A DNA stretch of 64,000 nucleotides from Candidatus Dojkabacteria bacterium. Lineage in GTDB: Bacteria > Patescibacteriota > Dojkabacteria > J137. The DNA lies in assembly GCA_041750555.1 (NCBI GenBank), contig JBGSZB010000036.1, positions 17,473 through 81,472 of the forward strand, in the 5' to 3' direction. The position numbers and the translations under genes are program-made. Shown piece after piece: positions 61,209 through 64,000 of this stretch (position 1 is the stretch's first letter; each line of letters starts with the position of its first letter). The notes beneath the pieces are model-generated. The model saw nothing but the letters and a program-made list of their open reading frames with translations, was not told where the DNA came from and did no database searches.

Positions 61209-61955
61209 TTAAAGTTTATCTTTAACTAAATTAAAAAATATCTCTTCAATTGTTTCTAACTTATATTTCTTTTTTAAATCTAAAACATTACCTGAATCTA
61301 ATACTTTACCCCTATGAAGTATTGCTACATCATCACAAAGTTCTTCAGCATCACTCATTATATGTGTACTGTATAAAATTATTTTATTCTCTTTTTTTAA
61401 TTCAAGTATTTGGTCTTTAACAGCCCTAGATGCAAATATATCTAATCCATTAGTTACTTCATCAAAAACTAATACTTCAGGGTTAGTTACTAATGCTCTT
61501 GCAATTGATACTTTTTGTTTCATTCCTGTAGAAAAGTTAACACATGTATCGTTTAAAAAATCATTCATCCCTAATTTATTAGATAACTCACTTATTTTTT
61601 CCTCTAGTTCCCTATTTTTTAATCCAGAAAATTCTCCAAATAGTCTCATCATTTCGTAAGGAGTTAATCTATCATATACCTGTGTTTCTCCAGATACAAA
61701 GCTTACTCTTTTTCTAAGGTTTTTAATTTTTTTATATGATTCGTTATTTAAAAATATCTCACCACTTTGAGGAAATGTTAAATTAGCAATAATTCTCATA
61801 GTTGTAGTTTTACCAGCACCATTAGCTCCAATTAAACCAAATATTTTACCCCTACTTGATTTAAAACTTACATCTGTTATTCCAACTCTAGATTTCTCTT
61901 TAGTCTTTTTATCAACTCTATTAAATTGTTTTGTTAAGTTTTTAACTTCTAACAT
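61209..61955 (-). CDS. ABC transporter ATP-binding protein
   Basis: Walker A GANGAGKTT. Signature FSTGMKQKVSIARAL. Walker B VLVFDEVTNGLD. Confidence 0.8.
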   Translation of the reverse strand: MLEVKNLTKQFNRVDKKTKEKSRVGITDVSFKSSRGKIFGLIGANGAGKTTTMRIIANLTFPQSGEIFLNNESYKKIKNLRKRVSFVSGETQVYDRLTPYEMMRLFGEFSGLKNRELEEKISELSNKLGMNDFLNDTCVNFSTGMKQKVSIARALVTNPEVLVFDEVTNGLDIFASRAVKDQILELKKENKIILYSTHIMSDAEELCDDVAILHRGKVLDSGNVLDLKKKYKLETIEEIFFNLVKDKL

Positions 61956-62014
61956 ATGGAATATTAATTCTATGTATTATAATACTAAAGTTAATTAGTT
62001 GTTAAATTATTGTT

Positions 62015-62398
62015 ATGTCTAAATTAAGTAAGGTTAAAAGAGTGTATAAAAATAGTTTTGTTGATGAGTTTAAAGAGTTTGCTTTTAAAGGTAATTTAAT
62101 AGAACTCGCTGTAGGTATTATTATTGGTACTGCATTTAATAAGTTAGTTCAATCATTAATTACTGATATTATTATGCCACCAATTGGTAAATTATTAGGT
62201 AATACATCATTTAGTAATTTATACATTAATTTAAGTGATACAACTTATTCATCACTAAATGATGCTATAGAAGCTGGAGCTCCTGTTATTAAGTATGGTT
62301 TATTTATTAATGAATTAATTAACTTTATAATATTAGCTATAACTGTATTCTTAGTTATTAAGTTTGTATTAAGGGTTAAGAGAGAGGAGAAAGAATAG
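62015..62398 (+). CDS. mscL: large-conductance mechanosensitive channel
   Basis: FKEFAFKGNLIELAVGIIIGTAFNKLVQSLITDIIMPPIG matches the MscL TM1/periplasmic loop. Confidence 0.9.
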   Translation: MSKLSKVKRVYKNSFVDEFKEFAFKGNLIELAVGIIIGTAFNKLVQSLITDIIMPPIGKLLGNTSFSNLYINLSDTTYSSLNDAIEAGAPVIKYGLFINELINFIILAITVFLVIKFVLRVKREEKE

Positions 62399-62423
62399 TA
62401 ATTTTATTTTTTAGTATAAAATC

Positions 62424-63026
62424 ATGAAACTAAATCAACAGATTGAGGGTGGAGGATTACAATCGAGTATTAATACTCTTAGAGAGAAGTTTAATACAGT
62501 GCCAAGAGATTTAACGCCTCAGGAGTCAACTTTGTTTCAAGGATTAGTTAACATAGCAGATGGATTATTGGATCAACTTGCTAATTTAGATAGCTTGACT
62601 GACGAAGAAGTTGAACGACTTCAGGGAACTTTAAAAGTATCAATTAATCAAGGTTTAAGTTCAACTATACCTGATTATATATATAGAAGTAAATTCAATC
62701 TAGGTACTTCGCCAATAGTTCTTAAACAATACATTGAGTTAATTAATAATTATTTAATGATTATTATTAATGAATTTGATTTCGGATACGATTTTGATAG
62801 AGTTACTGATTTGTTATCAGCTCTACATGATAACCTTGAAGACCTTACCAAATTGAATAACGAACAAGTTTCAGATATATTTAATTTATTAGAAAAAATA
62901 AAGCCACCTTTAGATGAACTTTTCGAAGTAAAATTCGGAGGTATTTTAGGAGATTTTTTTAAAAATTCATTAGTAAATATTGCTAATAGACTTACTAAAA
63001 TCAAAATTCAAAGAAGACTTTTTTAA
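62424..63026 (+). CDS. hypothetical protein
   Basis: 200-aa ORF. Confidence 0.35.
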   Translation: MKLNQQIEGGGLQSSINTLREKFNTVPRDLTPQESTLFQGLVNIADGLLDQLANLDSLTDEEVERLQGTLKVSINQGLSSTIPDYIYRSKFNLGTSPIVLKQYIELINNYLMIIINEFDFGYDFDRVTDLLSALHDNLEDLTKLNNEQVSDIFNLLEKIKPPLDELFEVKFGGILGDFFKNSLVNIANRLTKIKIQRRLF

Positions 63027-63095
63027 GGAATAGTATAAATGAAATCAATATAGGTTAGTATTATTTAATTTATGGTATATTAATTTAGTTAAATA

Positions 63096-63890
63096 TTGTT
63101 TATGAGTAATAGTAAAGATTTAGAAACAAGGTCTTTGGACACTTTGATATTAGATAATATTAGGGGTTTGACTATGAATGAGTTGAGAGAATCTTGTAGC
63201 TCATTAGTTAATCAAGTTTTATCTAAATTGGAGCAAAGTGATTTTAAAGATGCACATCCTATATATTCTCTTTACAGAGACTTTCTGGTTGCACAATTCA
63301 CAAAATATTCCAGTGATATTTCATCTGGTCGATACGATAATTATAGAGACTTACTTGAAAAAGTTTATGCAACAGCTTATAAAGCTTACTCCGAAAATAT
63401 ATATGACAGTTACATGGTTGATATTGATACTTATTTGAAATCAAAAAATAAAGCTCAGATCCAAGAAGATCCAGATTATCTAGATGATTTTTTATATATG
63501 ATTCTAGAGTATTTTGAAAATGGCTTTGATGAGATTGTGGATTATATTGAGTCAATGGGTAAAGTTATGTTTATTTCTAGGCAAGATCTTTCTAATTTGA
63601 TTCTAAATATAAGGGCATTTAAAAGGAAAAGAGGTCGAGTAACCTCATCATCTCTTGAAGTTTCTCCAGATGTTCTTTTTATGAAAGAAAACTTCTCGGA
63701 CTTTAACCTAGTGAGTAGAAGTATCTATGAAGGGTTATTTCAGATAAGAGAATATTTAGTTAATATAATAAATAAGAAATTTAAAGGCGATTTGTTTGCA
63801 AATCTATTAAATGCTTCAATGTTACAGGATACTCAATTTGAATTACATTATCTAAAGAGATTGCTGGAAAGAGAAAGAGAAGCAGCATAA
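63096..63890 (+). CDS. hypothetical protein
   Basis: 264-aa ORF. Confidence 0.35.
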   Translation: MFMSNSKDLETRSLDTLILDNIRGLTMNELRESCSSLVNQVLSKLEQSDFKDAHPIYSLYRDFLVAQFTKYSSDISSGRYDNYRDLLEKVYATAYKAYSENIYDSYMVDIDTYLKSKNKAQIQEDPDYLDDFLYMILEYFENGFDEIVDYIESMGKVMFISRQDLSNLILNIRAFKRKRGRVTSSSLEVSPDVLFMKENFSDFNLVSRSIYEGLFQIREYLVNIINKKFKGDLFANLLNASMLQDTQFELHYLKRLLEREREAA

Positions 63891-64000
63891 TTTCTAGGAA
63901 GTTTTTACAGTTAAACTTATTCCTATAATACTCCCTAGTAAGTTACTACCTAAATCTAACCATGTATCATAGATACTGTTGTTAAATATTAAGTTAAATT

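Noticed and set aside
1-64000. Possibility of an alternative genetic code (UGA as Gly or Trp), given the very low GC, CPR-like gene content and a tRNA-Gly next to unknown genes
   Set aside because: Long ORFs of 1102, 771 and 753 aa are uninterrupted under the standard code. Trp is encoded by TGG within conserved motifs. TGA terminates at least the DsbA-like gene. The tRNA is an ordinary Gly(UCC), not UCA.
1-64000. CRISPR arrays, rRNA genes, transposases or integrases
   Set aside because: No regularly spaced direct repeats with unique spacers. No DDE, serine or tyrosine recombinase motifs in any ORF. Only one tRNA found.

Overview
This is an AT-rich (about 28% GC), gene-dense bacterial chromosomal segment read with the standard genetic code. 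Long ORFs are intact, Trp is encoded by TGG and TGA is used as a stop, so an alternative code (4 or 25) is rejected. Housekeeping genes recognised from motifs are the dnaE 3' end, metG, cysS, gatA, rsmE, the epmA-efp pair, tkt, radA, the murF-ddl pair, rarA-umuC with a separated umuD, mscL, pepF and one tRNA-Gly(UCC). These are interspersed with many secreted or surface-anchored proteins: a trypsin-like protease with dockerin repeats, PEGA-domain, CHAP-domain and beta-propeller proteins, tail-fibre-like paralogs, and a 1102-aa beta-helix protein. The most interesting part is an all-minus-strand accessory block at about 24.7-33.6 kb. It holds a compositionally foreign 652-aa gene with no recognisable domain, three tandem XRE-HTH regulator paralogs, a NUDIX hydrolase, and a secreted operon containing the CHAP and fibre-like proteins. 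Three copies of a TGTAT-N4-ATACA dyad sit upstream of the regulator operon, the NUDIX gene and the secreted operon, which suggests a single local regulon. Other notable items are a tandem array of four paralogous small proteins (8.6-10.2 kb), a frameshifted ABC-2 permease (59.99-61.18 kb), a GC-shifted P-loop NTPase gene (50.8-51.8 kb), an SD-sequestering hairpin before a ParB-like gene, and a MurF with an N-terminal transmembrane extension. No CRISPR array, rRNA, transposase or integrase was seen.
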